Below are positions 52,892 to 62,881 of a stretch of DNA of 64,000 bases, piece by piece. Position 1 is the stretch's first letter. Each line of letters starts with the position of its first letter. Below the pieces are notes generated by a model. The model saw only the letters and a program-made list of their open reading frames with translations, searched no databases and was not told the DNA's origin. Source of the stretch: an uncultured Anaerolinea sp. (GTDB lineage: Bacteria; Chloroflexota; Anaerolineae; Anaerolineales; Villigracilaceae); the NCBI GenBank assembly GCA_964422545.1, contig CAYRBO010000016.1, positions 15,794 through 79,793 on the forward strand, written 5' to 3'. A program made the position numbers and the translations under genes.

Positions 52892-53743
52892 ATGAAATTC
52901 CCTTCCCGTTCTATCCTGTTCGTATTGTTTATGGGGGTTGCGCTTGTTATTAGTGCGTGCGGCGCGGCGTTTGGCCCAGACGGTTCGGAGGCCTATGGCG
53001 GATTGAATTTTTTTGTCTTTGTGCTGGTTGGGTTCATCGCCCAGATGATTGACGGCGCGCTCGGAATGGCCTATGGCGTCAGTTCCAACACCTTCCTGCT
53101 TAGCCTGGGACTGCCACCAGCCTCAGCCAGCGCCAGCGTCCACATGGCCGAGGTCTTCACGACCGGCGTTTCCGGCATCTCGCACTGGAAACTTAAAAAT
53201 ATCGACACCGCTCTTGCAAAAAAATTGCTCATCCCTGGTGTTTTGGGCGGTGTTGCCGGGGCCTACATCCTGACTTCGCTGGACGGTGACCTGCTGAAGC
53301 CCTGGATTTCAACCTACTTGCTGGTGATGGGTGTCATCATCCTGTTTAAAGCCTTCAACGGCGTCAAGAAGAACCAGGGCGAGGTCAAACACGTCAGCCT
53401 GTTGGGACTGGCAGGCGGTTTTTTTGACGCGATTGGCGGCGGCGGCTGGGGGCCGGTGGTAACGACCACCCTGGTGGCGCGCGGCAACAATGCGCGCGTC
53501 TCGATTGGAACGGTCAACTTCTCTGAGTTTTTCGTTACCCTGGCGCAGTCCGTCACCTTCGTGCTGACCCTGCATTTTGCCGATTACTGGCAGGTTATCC
53601 TCGGCTTGCTGATTGGCGGGGTGCTGGCCGCGCCGCTGGCGGCTTATATCACCAAGCGGCTTCCGCTCAAGGTCTTGATGGTGATGGTCGGAGTTGTCAT
53701 CATCGGCCTAAGCATTCGCACGATTTTGCTGGCGGTGATGTAG
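52892..53743 (+). CDS. TauE/SafE-family sulfite/anion exporter
   Basis: Eight TM helices with duplicated halves and conserved G(x)GGG blocks (FDAIGGGGWGPVV). Confidence 0.75.
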   Translation: MKFPSRSILFVLFMGVALVISACGAAFGPDGSEAYGGLNFFVFVLVGFIAQMIDGALGMAYGVSSNTFLLSLGLPPASASASVHMAEVFTTGVSGISHWKLKNIDTALAKKLLIPGVLGGVAGAYILTSLDGDLLKPWISTYLLVMGVIILFKAFNGVKKNQGEVKHVSLLGLAGGFFDAIGGGGWGPVVTTTLVARGNNARVSIGTVNFSEFFVTLAQSVTFVLTLHFADYWQVILGLLIGGVLAAPLAAYITKRLPLKVLMVMVGVVIIGLSIRTILLAVM

Positions 53744-53808
53744 CGGGATATGACGATAGTGAAACTGAACAGTTCACGCGGGGTGATTTTCAGGTTTTCC
53801 ATGGCTGC

Positions 53809-54930
53809 CTATCCATTCTCGGCCAGGCGTGAACGCACTTGCCGTAAAACGTACTGGCGCAAGTCATCCAGCAGGTCGCCGTACAGGACGCGCGCCAGTT
53901 CGGCGGCGGATTTGACCAACGGGCGCGTGACGTAGAGCGAAAGCGCGTATTCAAGCAGGACATCCAGCACGAGCAGTTGGATGTCGGTCGAAAACTGCGC
54001 CAGCTGCGACGTTCCGCGGATGCGCTGGAGCCACTGCGGCGGCGTGCCAACCTGCACTTTACTACTTGAATCAACCTGTATCTGCACACTGGGATGGGTG
54101 AAGACCAGTCCGCCGTGAATCAGCGCGCCGAAGTTGGCGTTGCGAGCCAGCCGCAGCGAGAGCGTTTTTTCAATCGCGGTTCGGCCCGCGAGCCACGACT
54201 CATCGAGCGGGGTGGTCAAACTCTCCAGCGGGGCATCGGGCGAGGGTTCACGCTGCCAAACGCCGCCCCGGCAGAGTACCCGTCCGCGCCAGTGCCGGGT
54301 CTCGAACAGCCAGATGCCGGTCGGGCCGATGACCAATACATCAACATTGAGACTACTTTGCAGGAAGGGACTGCGCGCGGCGAAATAGTCATCTGGCAGG
54401 TGTTCGGCCAGGTATTTGATGAAGGAAATCTGTCCGGCTTCGGCGGAGTCGCTGCTTTCGAGAAAATCCTGGCTGGAAATGGCCTGCCACCACTGTTCGG
54501 TCAGGTCGAGCGAGGCTTGCGGTTCTTCGGGTGGGGGCTGAATCTTTGCCAGGGCGGCAATTGCCAGCCATTTTTCAGCAATTGGGAGAATCAGGATGAG
54601 GGCCTGAATGAAATTGATAACCCCAATTGGCAAGAGAAACAGGCGCAGTTGCGGGTAACTTTCGACAAGCGCGCCAATAATCGCCATGAGCAAGACAACG
54701 CCCGCCAATAATGCCAAAACAATGCGCAGGGCGCGCTTCTCGACCCGAATTTGAGACTGGATGGCTGCGGCGGCGCGTTTCAGGCCTTGCTCGCGCGCAA
54801 AATTGACCGATTTGGCCCAGGCGGTCTCCCAATTCTTGCGCGCCTGCCGCTCCAGGTCTCGGGCCGCCTGGTAGCCTTTGGAGAGATTGGTCCATTCGGA
54901 GTTGATGATGCGCATGGCGGCTCCGCTCAA
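53809..54930 (-). CDS. NERD-domain membrane protein
   Basis: N-terminal TM helices, then FIKYLAEHLPDDYFA...DVLVIGPTGIWLFETRHWRGRV, matching the nuclease-related domain pattern (..D.VVIGP.GIFVIE.K.W.G). Confidence 0.5.
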   Translation of the reverse strand: MSGAAMRIINSEWTNLSKGYQAARDLERQARKNWETAWAKSVNFAREQGLKRAAAAIQSQIRVEKRALRIVLALLAGVVLLMAIIGALVESYPQLRLFLLPIGVINFIQALILILPIAEKWLAIAALAKIQPPPEEPQASLDLTEQWWQAISSQDFLESSDSAEAGQISFIKYLAEHLPDDYFAARSPFLQSSLNVDVLVIGPTGIWLFETRHWRGRVLCRGGVWQREPSPDAPLESLTTPLDESWLAGRTAIEKTLSLRLARNANFGALIHGGLVFTHPSVQIQVDSSSKVQVGTPPQWLQRIRGTSQLAQFSTDIQLLVLDVLLEYALSLYVTRPLVKSAAELARVLYGDLLDDLRQYVLRQVRSRLAENG

Positions 54931-55115
54931 TAGCAGGGAGTATAGTATTATGGCGCAGGATTTGCGCGATTAGCGCAAATCATAGCAACCTTTGGTTGCG
55001 GCCCGCGAAGCGGCTGCGCTATGAATGAGTTCGCCTTACATTTTACAACCAAAGACGCCCAGAATGTTAACTTCCGTATAATACAAGCAAGATATAATCA
55101 TAGCAGGAGCAAACC

Positions 55116-56429
55116 ATGAAACGGTTCGGATTCTTTCTGATACTATTTGCGTCCTTGTTAGCGTTTGCCCGCCCGGCCTTGGCGCAAACCGACGCGCCGC
55201 TGGTGCTGGTGATGGATGCCAAAGGGGTGGTGGCCCCGGCCATGAAAGAATACATCCTGCGCGGAATCAAGACTGCCGAGCAGCGCAATGCAGAATTACT
55301 GGTCATTAAACTCAACACCCCCGGCGGCCTGATTAGCGAAATGGAAGTGATTGTGCAGGCCATTCGCGCCAGCAGCGTTCCGGTGGTGGTTTATGTCAGC
55401 CCGCGCGGCGGCACGGCCGGCAGCGCTGGGGCGGTGATTACGATTGCCGGGCACGCTTCGGCCATGGCCCCAGAAACGATTATCGGCGCGGCCAGCCCCA
55501 TCAGCGGCGATGGGCAAGATATGGGTGAGACGCTGGAGCGCAAGCAAAAGGAAGCCTTGCGCGCCCAGGTGCGCGCCCTGGCAGCGGCCCGCAGCCCTGA
55601 GGCCATTGCCCTGGCCGAGGATATGATTGAAATTGCCAAGGCAGTCTCGGCAACGGAGGCCCTCGAGGTCGGGCTGGTGGATTTTATTGCCCGCGACGTG
55701 GGCGACCTGCTGGAAAAACTGGATGACTTCGAGGTGCAAATGCCCGACGGCCCGCGCACGCTTGATACTGCCAATGCCCGCACTCAGGATTTCGGCATGT
55801 CTTTTATCGAACAATTGCTCGATATCCTGGTCAACCCAAACATCACCTTCCTGCTCATCACAATCGGCGTGCAGGCCATCCTGATAGAGATTTCCAGCCC
55901 TGGCGGTTGGGTGGCCGGGTTTATTGGCGCGGTCTGCCTGGCGCTGGCGGCCTATGGATTCGGCGTGCTGCCGGTCAACTGGTTCGGGGTCATCTTCCTG
56001 GTGCTGGCGTTCATCTTGTTTATCCTGGAGATAAAAACACCCACCTTTGGGGCATTGACCGCGGCCGGGGTGGGCGCGCTCATCGTCGGCGCGCTGGTTC
56101 TGTTCAATTCGCCGGGCGTCCCACAATTCCAAAGAGTCAGTATTCCGCTGGTCATTGCGACGAGTATCATAGTCGGGGCGAGCTTCGCGGTTTTGGTGGG
56201 ACTTGGCCTGCGAGCGCAGCGCGCTCCGATTCACGTCGGGCAGGAATCTCTGGTAGGCGTGATTGGCACTGCGCGGGGAGAGATTAACCCCAACGGACAG
56301 GTGCAATTGCAGAGCGAATTATGGACTGCCGAGTTAGAAGATGGCGCCGACCCCATCCTGCCCGGCGAGAAGGTGAAGGTGGTTGCCGTGGAAGGGCTGC
56401 GTCTGAAAGTTCGGAAAAATAATTCTTGA
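55116..56429 (+). CDS. NfeD-family membrane-bound ClpP-class serine protease
   Basis: Signal peptide, ClpP-like domain (LVIKLNTPGG...), multi-TM region, C-terminal OB-fold (...GEKVKVVAVEGLRLKVRK). Confidence 0.75.
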   Translation: MKRFGFFLILFASLLAFARPALAQTDAPLVLVMDAKGVVAPAMKEYILRGIKTAEQRNAELLVIKLNTPGGLISEMEVIVQAIRASSVPVVVYVSPRGGTAGSAGAVITIAGHASAMAPETIIGAASPISGDGQDMGETLERKQKEALRAQVRALAAARSPEAIALAEDMIEIAKAVSATEALEVGLVDFIARDVGDLLEKLDDFEVQMPDGPRTLDTANARTQDFGMSFIEQLLDILVNPNITFLLITIGVQAILIEISSPGGWVAGFIGAVCLALAAYGFGVLPVNWFGVIFLVLAFILFILEIKTPTFGALTAAGVGALIVGALVLFNSPGVPQFQRVSIPLVIATSIIVGASFAVLVGLGLRAQRAPIHVGQESLVGVIGTARGEINPNGQVQLQSELWTAELEDGADPILPGEKVKVVAVEGLRLKVRKNNS

Positions 56430-56487
56430 CGCTGATTTGCGGCGTGAATAAAATCGTTCTATGCGTTCTTAATTGTGAGGAAGCGAG

Positions 56488-56820
56488 GTGGTTATGCAGC
56501 AAAAATTCGTACCTGGGGATGATTTCGGCTCGTTTTTATCTAGCGTGCAGCGCGCTGTTCACCAGCAAAAAGGACAGGGCGCCTCGATGCTGATTATGAG
56601 CAGGCTGGCGCGCCAAAAGGAGGCCCCTGTGACGCAGATGATGACCAAAATGAAGATCTCGTGGTCTGATTTTACGGAGGGCCTTAAGTATCTCGAAGAT
56701 GCCGGTCTGGTTGAAATGGAAGATGACGACAACGGCGGCACCTTGCGGCTGACAGATGAAGGCCAACACTGGGCGCAGACCATCAGCCTGGAGTTGGATG
56801 ATGATGAGGAACAAGACTGA
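56488..56820 (+). CDS. Small hypothetical protein with acidic C-terminus
   Basis: Coherent codon usage, follows nfeD. No motif recognised. Confidence 0.3.
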   Translation: MVMQQKFVPGDDFGSFLSSVQRAVHQQKGQGASMLIMSRLARQKEAPVTQMMTKMKISWSDFTEGLKYLEDAGLVEMEDDDNGGTLRLTDEGQHWAQTISLELDDDEEQD

Positions 56821-57482
56821 TGTGGCCGGAATGGGTCGTGGCTGGTCTCTTTGGGGTTCTGATTGGCGCGGGTGAAATCGTTTCCCAATTCCGCGATGAG
56901 CCGGATGACGCCCTGCGCACCTTGCCGGCGATGGGATACATGCTGTTCAACGCGCTGGCTTCGCTGTTTGCGCTGGCAATTATCCGCATTTTTGGATGGA
57001 CAATAGGCGTCCAAGACCCGGCCATGGTTGGCTGGGCGCAGGTGGTGGTGGCCGGGTTTGGCGCGATGGCGCTGCTGCGGGCCTCCATTTTCAATGTGCG
57101 CAACGGCGACCAGGTGATTACCATTGGTCCAAGTCGGTTTCTCGAAATTGTGCTGGCCGCAGTCAAAGACGCCGTTGACCGCAAACGCGCCGAACAGCGC
57201 GGCGTGGCGGTTAGCGAAATCATGAAGAATGTGGATTTCGAGAAGGCCTGGATGGCCCTGCCAGCCTACTGTTTCGGTTTGCTGCAAAACCTGCCGCAAG
57301 AAGAGCAGGATAAATTTGGCAAAAAACTGGCCCTGTTGGCGAATTCACCCATGAGCGCGCACGTCAAAACCCTGCTGCTCGGCCTGACCCTGATGAACCT
57401 GGTCGGCGAGAAGGTGCTGGCGACGGCGGTCAGAAACCTGGGCGAGGAAATCCGACCTTCGCCTCCGCCACCGGCGAGTTGA
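56820..57482 (+). CDS. Hypothetical membrane protein
   Basis: Start overlaps the upstream stop (ATGA). Four hydrophobic helices. Terminator hairpin at 57502-57545. Confidence 0.35.
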   Translation: MWPEWVVAGLFGVLIGAGEIVSQFRDEPDDALRTLPAMGYMLFNALASLFALAIIRIFGWTIGVQDPAMVGWAQVVVAGFGAMALLRASIFNVRNGDQVITIGPSRFLEIVLAAVKDAVDRKRAEQRGVAVSEIMKNVDFEKAWMALPAYCFGLLQNLPQEEQDKFGKKLALLANSPMSAHVKTLLLGLTLMNLVGEKVLATAVRNLGEEIRPSPPPPAS

Positions 57483-57619
57483 AATTGATAAAATCTTTCA
57501 AAGGGCTGTCCTGTGACGCTTTGAGGGACAGCCTTTTTGTTTTTATTAAGATTTTTCCAACTTTTATGCGGTACAATCGCTGCGTTTAACGGTAAAACCA
57601 GAAAAGGACAAATTTCCCT

Positions 57620-58591
57620 ATGCCAGCCACCCCTACCAGAGACCGGGTCAATCCCGAAGCCATACCCACAACTCCGCTCCGCCGCCCTGAATGGATTAAG
57701 GTACGCGCGCCTGCGGGCGAAAATTACGAACGCCTGCATGGAATCATGCGCTCGAAGTCCCTGCATACCGTTTGCGAAGAGGCCATGTGCCCAAACCTGG
57801 GCGAATGCTGGGGCAGCGGCACCGCTACCTTCCTGATGTTGGGAGATGTTTGCACCCGCTCATGCGTGTTCTGCGATATCAAGCATGGCAAACCCAACGC
57901 GATGGACTGGCTGGAGCCGGAGCGCGTAGCGCAGGCCGTGAAATCGATGAATCTGAAACACGCTGTCATCACCTCGGTCAACCGCGATGAGCGCAAGGAC
58001 GGCGGCGCGCCGATTTTTGCGATGGTCATCCGGCGCATCCGCGAACTCCAGCCGGGATGTTCTATCGAAGTGTTGATTCCTGACTTCAAAGGCTCGCTTG
58101 AGGCCCTCAAAATTGTAATGGATGCCCGCCCGGAAATCCTGAACCACAACGTGGAAACCGTTCCGCGCCTGTTCAAGCAAATCCAGCCGCAAGATAATTA
58201 CGACTGGGCAGCAGCCACTCTGACCAATGCCAAAAAACTCGACCCCGATGTGCTGACTAAGAGTGGCATTATGGTTGGGTTGGGCGAGGAGATAGAGGAA
58301 GTCAAAGCCGTGATGCGCGACCAGCGCAGTTGGGGCGTGGATATCCTTACGATTGGGCAGTATCTCCAACCAAGCAAGAAACATTACCCAATTTCGCGCT
58401 ATTACACCATGGAAGAATTTACCGAGCTACGAGAATACGGCTACAGCCTGGGATTCAAGTGGGTCGAGAGCAATCCACTCGTGCGTTCGTCGTACCACGC
58501 TTACGAGCAGGTGCGCGCTTTAAGCATCGTCCACCGCAAGTTATATGGCGAAACCGCCATGACTGCCTATCAAGCGCCAGGAAAGGCTTAA
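57620..58591 (+). CDS. lipA: Lipoyl synthase
   Basis: Both Fe-S cysteine clusters present ([12 protein letters not shown] and CTRSCVFC) with radical-SAM fold. Terminator at 58601-58633. Confidence 0.9.
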   Translation: MPATPTRDRVNPEAIPTTPLRRPEWIKVRAPAGENYERLHGIMRSKSLHTVCEEAMCPNLGECWGSGTATFLMLGDVCTRSCVFCDIKHGKPNAMDWLEPERVAQAVKSMNLKHAVITSVNRDERKDGGAPIFAMVIRRIRELQPGCSIEVLIPDFKGSLEALKIVMDARPEILNHNVETVPRLFKQIQPQDNYDWAAATLTNAKKLDPDVLTKSGIMVGLGEEIEEVKAVMRDQRSWGVDILTIGQYLQPSKKHYPISRYYTMEEFTELREYGYSLGFKWVESNPLVRSSYHAYEQVRALSIVHRKLYGETAMTAYQAPGKA

Positions 58592-58631
58592 ACATCGAAT
58601 GTCCCGAAGGTTTGGACCCTTCGGGACATTT

Positions 58632-59837
58632 TTATCTGAACGATGCCCGCCCGGGCAAGTCTTTGGCCGATTGTTTGTACGAACCATCATCAGTTTCCCC
58701 GCCTGCGCGGCGCAGTTCCGCCTGGAGCATTTGCTCAATTTGGTGCTTCTCCTCAAAGGAGACAACCGCGCATTCGTGGGCGCGATGCAGCAGGTAGGGG
58801 TAGGGTTTGGCGCCCATTATGCGGCACTGTTCGACCAGGATGGCATGCAGCCAACCAAGTTTTTCCGCATCCTGCGCCACCCATTGGGGGATTTCCACTC
58901 GCACCGGCCAGGGATGGCCCTCACTGCCCACATTCAGGTAAAAAAAGTGCAGGCCGAGCGCCCCGCTATAGTGTTTCTCATTTTTCGTCTGGATTTTGAA
59001 GACCGCCGAGCGTTCGCCGGGTTTGAGCAGCGGGTCTTGGCGCTCACCAAACAGCCAGCGGTCGGTCACGCCGCGCAGGGGATGATAAGAGCGCAAGTTG
59101 TTGGACAAGATAATATCTTGTCCAACTTGAGAGAGTTCGAGCAGGCGGATGACCAAATCTGCGCCGGGTTTATCTACATATCCGGCAGTGACGACTCCCC
59201 GCGCTTGCAAACGTGAAAGTACGCCCAGGTATTTTTGCAGGGCTTCGTGATATTCCTGCCCATCCTCGCCGCCGCTGCTACCCCATAACTCGATGGGCCC
59301 GTCGGTGACGGTGATGACTGGCTGGTCTTCGCCGTATTGAGCAGCCAGGTCGTAGAGCGTGGAACGCTCGCGCAGGTCGCGGCGCAGGGCCACCATGCCC
59401 TCGGTCAGGGGATTGCCCGAAGCGGTAAAAAGTTCGTCGTCGAACAACAACTGGCTATCGGTGAAGACCTGGGTTGTCTCGCCGCTTGCCAGTTTCAGGG
59501 TAATGGCCCCGACATTGATGAGCCCAAATTGCACGGCGGCGTGCCGGTCGGGGTTGATTTGTGACCCGTCAGCGGCGATTAAAACCGCGTTTAACGGCGA
59601 GGCCGGCGGCGGGAGGTGGGTGTCTAACCGCTCATTCAACGGAACCGCGCAACGAATGGCCGGGTCGGCCTCTTTGGCGGATTCCACTTTCCAGCGTAAT
59701 CCCTCCAGATTATCTGCGTTCAGATTGAGCAGGAAACGCGCATGTTTGCGTCGCTCCTCCAGGGTCTTCTTGCGCTGCTGGGCGGTGGCGCCAATTTCGC
59801 GGATTTTCTGGTAGACCTGTTGAAAATCAATAGACAT
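58632..59837 (-). CDS. NurA-like nuclease domain protein (tentative)
   Basis: Start MSIDFQQ at 59837. IAADGSQI... resembles the NurA catalytic Asp motif. Otherwise uncharacterised. Confidence 0.4.
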   Translation of the reverse strand: MSIDFQQVYQKIREIGATAQQRKKTLEERRKHARFLLNLNADNLEGLRWKVESAKEADPAIRCAVPLNERLDTHLPPPASPLNAVLIAADGSQINPDRHAAVQFGLINVGAITLKLASGETTQVFTDSQLLFDDELFTASGNPLTEGMVALRRDLRERSTLYDLAAQYGEDQPVITVTDGPIELWGSSGGEDGQEYHEALQKYLGVLSRLQARGVVTAGYVDKPGADLVIRLLELSQVGQDIILSNNLRSYHPLRGVTDRWLFGERQDPLLKPGERSAVFKIQTKNEKHYSGALGLHFFYLNVGSEGHPWPVRVEIPQWVAQDAEKLGWLHAILVEQCRIMGAKPYPYLLHRAHECAVVSFEEKHQIEQMLQAELRRAGGETDDGSYKQSAKDLPGRASFR

Positions 59838-59939
59838 GACAAGATTGTAGCGCGATTTACCAAATTGCGCCACGTTGGGAACTTTTTGGGCGCGAGCGGC
59901 GTTATAGGGGGGAAGTTCAACATTCAAAAGGAGCAAAAA

Positions 59940-60668
59940 ATGCGTAACAAATTTCTTTTCGTTTCCCTGTTCATGGTTTTAGCGGTGCTGTTGAGCGCGT
60001 GTGGCTCAGCAGTTATGCCAGGCGCGGCGCAGCCAGCCCAGCGCGTTATCTCGGTTAGCGGTTCGGGACAGGTTTCCCTCAAGCCAGATATTGCCTATAT
60101 TTACATGGGCGTTAGCACGGAAGATGAAAGCGCGGCGGATGCGGTTGCAAAGAACAATGCCGACACCCAGCGCCTGATTGACGCGCTGAAGGCCGCTGGC
60201 GTGGCCGATGAAGACCTGCGTACCAGCAACTTCTCTATCTGGCAGAACACGCCCTATGGCATGGATGGAATGCCCGGCAAGCCGGTTTACCGCGTGGATA
60301 ATACCGTCTATGTGACCGTGCGCGACCTGACGAAGTTGGGCGACCTGCTCGATGCCGCCGTGCGCGCCGGCGCGAACAACATCAACAGTATTCAGTTCGA
60401 TGTGGCTGATAAAACCGAGGCCCTCGCCAAAGCCCGCAAAGCCGCCGTCGAGGCCGCCCGCAAGCAGGCCGCCGAACTGGCTGATGCTGCCGGGGTGAAA
60501 CTGGGTGACATTCAGGGTATTCAATACTACGACAGCGCGCCCGTCTTGTATGCCGAAGCCAAAGGACTGGGCGGCGGTGGGGCCGACGCAGCCGCGCTGG
60601 CTGTGCCTATCAACCCCGGCCAAATGCAAATTACGGCGACCGTGACCATCAATTTTGAAATCAAGTAG
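59940..60668 (+). CDS. SIMPL/BP26-family (DUF541) periplasmic lipoprotein
   Basis: Start at 59940 with AAAGGAG RBS. MRNKFLFVSLFMVLAVLLSACG lipobox. SIMPL-type ...VSGSGQVSLKPD... pattern. Confidence 0.7.
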   Translation: MRNKFLFVSLFMVLAVLLSACGSAVMPGAAQPAQRVISVSGSGQVSLKPDIAYIYMGVSTEDESAADAVAKNNADTQRLIDALKAAGVADEDLRTSNFSIWQNTPYGMDGMPGKPVYRVDNTVYVTVRDLTKLGDLLDAAVRAGANNINSIQFDVADKTEALAKARKAAVEAARKQAAELADAAGVKLGDIQGIQYYDSAPVLYAEAKGLGGGGADAAALAVPINPGQMQITATVTINFEIK

Positions 60669-60670
60669 CC

Positions 60671-60727
60671 GGTAATCCAGTAATCAGTAACCAGTGACCA
60701 GTCTCTCGACTGGTCACTGGTTGTATC
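60671..60727 (+). repeat. CAGTNNN heptamer element forming a terminator-like hairpin after the SIMPL gene
   Basis: ccagtaatcagtaaccagtgaccagtctctcgactggtcactggttgtatcttg. Confidence 0.6.
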
Positions 60728-60980
60728 TTGCGGCTCTCCAAGAATTTTTGTGACAAGCATTTTTAGGACACGAACCCTCCGCAAAGAAGTAAGCCACAAT
60801 CATACAAGAAAAAGTGAAGATTGTGTAAGTTTCCAATCGCTCATTACCACCCTGTCACAACTTTCGCGCAACCTTGCCCGAAAGTTTAATTTTTCTTTAC
60901 ATTCCCGCTTTATCATGGGGGTCAAGTTGGATGACAGACATCCACATTCATCTTAAAACACATTCTCAAGGAGAAATCTC

Positions 60981-61820
60981 ATGGTACGCAACATTTTGAT
61001 TGGTACTTTCGCCGCCATTTTGGTGGTGGCACTCGGAACCGCCGCTTACAACGTCATCGGCGCGCAGGCGCAGGGAGCGGTTACCGCTCCGGCGGCTGGG
61101 AACGGCTATGGAAACGGTAACGGAAATGGCAATCAGGGGAACGGCCAGCAAGCCAACCCACAAACTGGCCCGGGGATGCAAGACCACGCCGCCCAGTTGG
61201 CTGCCATTCCGGCCTCCGATTTGAGCGCGGAAGAAGCCGCTGGTCTGCTCTACATGTACGAAGAAGAAAAACTGGCGCGAGATGTGTACAACACCCTGTA
61301 CGCCGCCTGGAGTATCCCCACCTTCCAGAATATCGCCGCCAGCGAACAGATGCACATGGATTCGGTCAAAAGCCTGCTCGACCGCTACGGCCTGACCGCG
61401 CCGTCGCTGGCTCCCGGCTCATTTGCCGATGCCACCCTGCAAAATCTCTACACCGCGCTGGTAGCGCAAGGCAGCCTATCAGCAGGGGACGCGCTGAAAG
61501 TGGGCGGCGCTATCGAGGAATTGGATATCCTCGACCTTCAGATTCGCCTGGCCCAGACCAACAACGCGGATATTCTGTTGGTTTATAACAACCTGGTTAA
61601 GGGTTCGAACAACCACTTAAAAGCCTTTGTCACCGCTTTGCAAAACCAGACCGGCGAAGTGTACCAGCCCCAGTACATGACCCCCGAAATGTACGCCGCC
61701 GCGCTGGCTGCCATGCACGGAAACGGATTTGCCGGGACCAATGGTAACGGTACGCAAGGCGCTGGTCAGGGAACTGGTCAAGGCACAGGCCGCCCCGAGT
61801 GGGCTGGCGTTGGACGATAG
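60981..61820 (+). CDS. DUF2202 ferritin-like domain protein with N-terminal anchor and Gly/Asn-rich linker
   Basis: TM/signal MVRNILIGTFAAILVVALG, (GNGN)n linker, DUF2202-like block EEAAGLLYMYEEEKLARDVY...EQMHMD. Confidence 0.6.
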   Translation: MVRNILIGTFAAILVVALGTAAYNVIGAQAQGAVTAPAAGNGYGNGNGNGNQGNGQQANPQTGPGMQDHAAQLAAIPASDLSAEEAAGLLYMYEEEKLARDVYNTLYAAWSIPTFQNIAASEQMHMDSVKSLLDRYGLTAPSLAPGSFADATLQNLYTALVAQGSLSAGDALKVGGAIEELDILDLQIRLAQTNNADILLVYNNLVKGSNNHLKAFVTALQNQTGEVYQPQYMTPEMYAAALAAMHGNGFAGTNGNGTQGAGQGTGQGTGRPEWAGVGR

Positions 61821-61973
61821 CCCTGGTTACCTCAATTTCTTCTTTCTTCCTTACACTGACAACTTTTGCGCGCGCAGGTGATTTTTGTCAATTGCAGCTT
61901 TCGCAAATCCGTCCTATACTGAATGTGGGACAAGATAGTATCTTGTCCTACCCATTTTCAAGAGGAGGCTTGA

Positions 61974-62831
61974 ATGACGGAAGCACGCAAGAAAATCACA
62001 TTGCCCTACCTGTTCAACAAAGTCGAAAAAGGCGAACCCATCACCTGGCTGACCTGCTACGACTACCCAACTGCCTATTTGCAAGAAAAGGCCGGGATTG
62101 AGATGATTCTGGTCGGAGACAGCCTGGGCATGACCATGCTGGGCTACGATTCGACCTTGCCGGTGACGATGGACGATATGATTCGCCACGCCCAGGCCGT
62201 GCGGCGGGGGGCGCCGACTGCCTTTGTGGTGGGCGATATGCCCTATATGACCTACCAGCCCTCGGTCGAGAGCGCGATTCGGAATGCGGGCCGCTTCATG
62301 GCCGAGGCAGGCTGCGACGCCATCAAACTGGAGGGCGGCGCGGCCATGGCCGACCGCATTAAGGGCATCGTAGACGCCGGTATCCCGGCGATTGGGCACC
62401 TGGGCCTCACGCCGCAATCGGTTGCCGCGCTGGGCGGGTTCAAGGTGCAGGGCAAGAGCGCAGCCCTGGCAAAGAAAATTGTGGACGACGCCAAAGCGCT
62501 CGAAAAAGCCGGGGCGTTCATGATTCTGCTGGAGATGGTTCCCGACCGGGTGTGCAAACTCATCACCGAGCGCGCCGAAGGCTGCATCATCATGAGTCTT
62601 GGCTCCGGGCCAGATGCGCACGGCCAGCTGCTCATTTATCATGATATGTTTGGCCTGTATCCAAAATTCACCCCCAAAATGGCGAAGGTCTTTGGCAACG
62701 CGGGCGAGGTCATCTTGAACGGGTTGAAGGCCTATCACGACGAGGTGATTGGCAAACAGTTCCCGCAGCCCGAAAACTGGTTCGGGATGAAGGATGAAGA
62801 GTTCGACGAACTCAAGAAGATGTTGGATTAA
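61974..62831 (+). CDS. panB: 3-methyl-2-oxobutanoate hydroxymethyltransferase (ketopantoate hydroxymethyltransferase)
   Basis: TCYDYPTAYLQEKAGIEMILVGDSLGMT and downstream PanB blocks. Full length. Confidence 0.9.
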   Translation: MTEARKKITLPYLFNKVEKGEPITWLTCYDYPTAYLQEKAGIEMILVGDSLGMTMLGYDSTLPVTMDDMIRHAQAVRRGAPTAFVVGDMPYMTYQPSVESAIRNAGRFMAEAGCDAIKLEGGAAMADRIKGIVDAGIPAIGHLGLTPQSVAALGGFKVQGKSAALAKKIVDDAKALEKAGAFMILLEMVPDRVCKLITERAEGCIIMSLGSGPDAHGQLLIYHDMFGLYPKFTPKMAKVFGNAGEVILNGLKAYHDEVIGKQFPQPENWFGMKDEEFDELKKMLD

Positions 62832-62881
62832 ATTTATCGGGCAGGGGCGCGGTCACCGCGCCCACCCGCCTTGGAGGAAAA

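Noticed and set aside
55296-56306. 336-aa minus-strand ORF opposite nfeD
   Set aside because: Antisense shadow of the NfeD gene.
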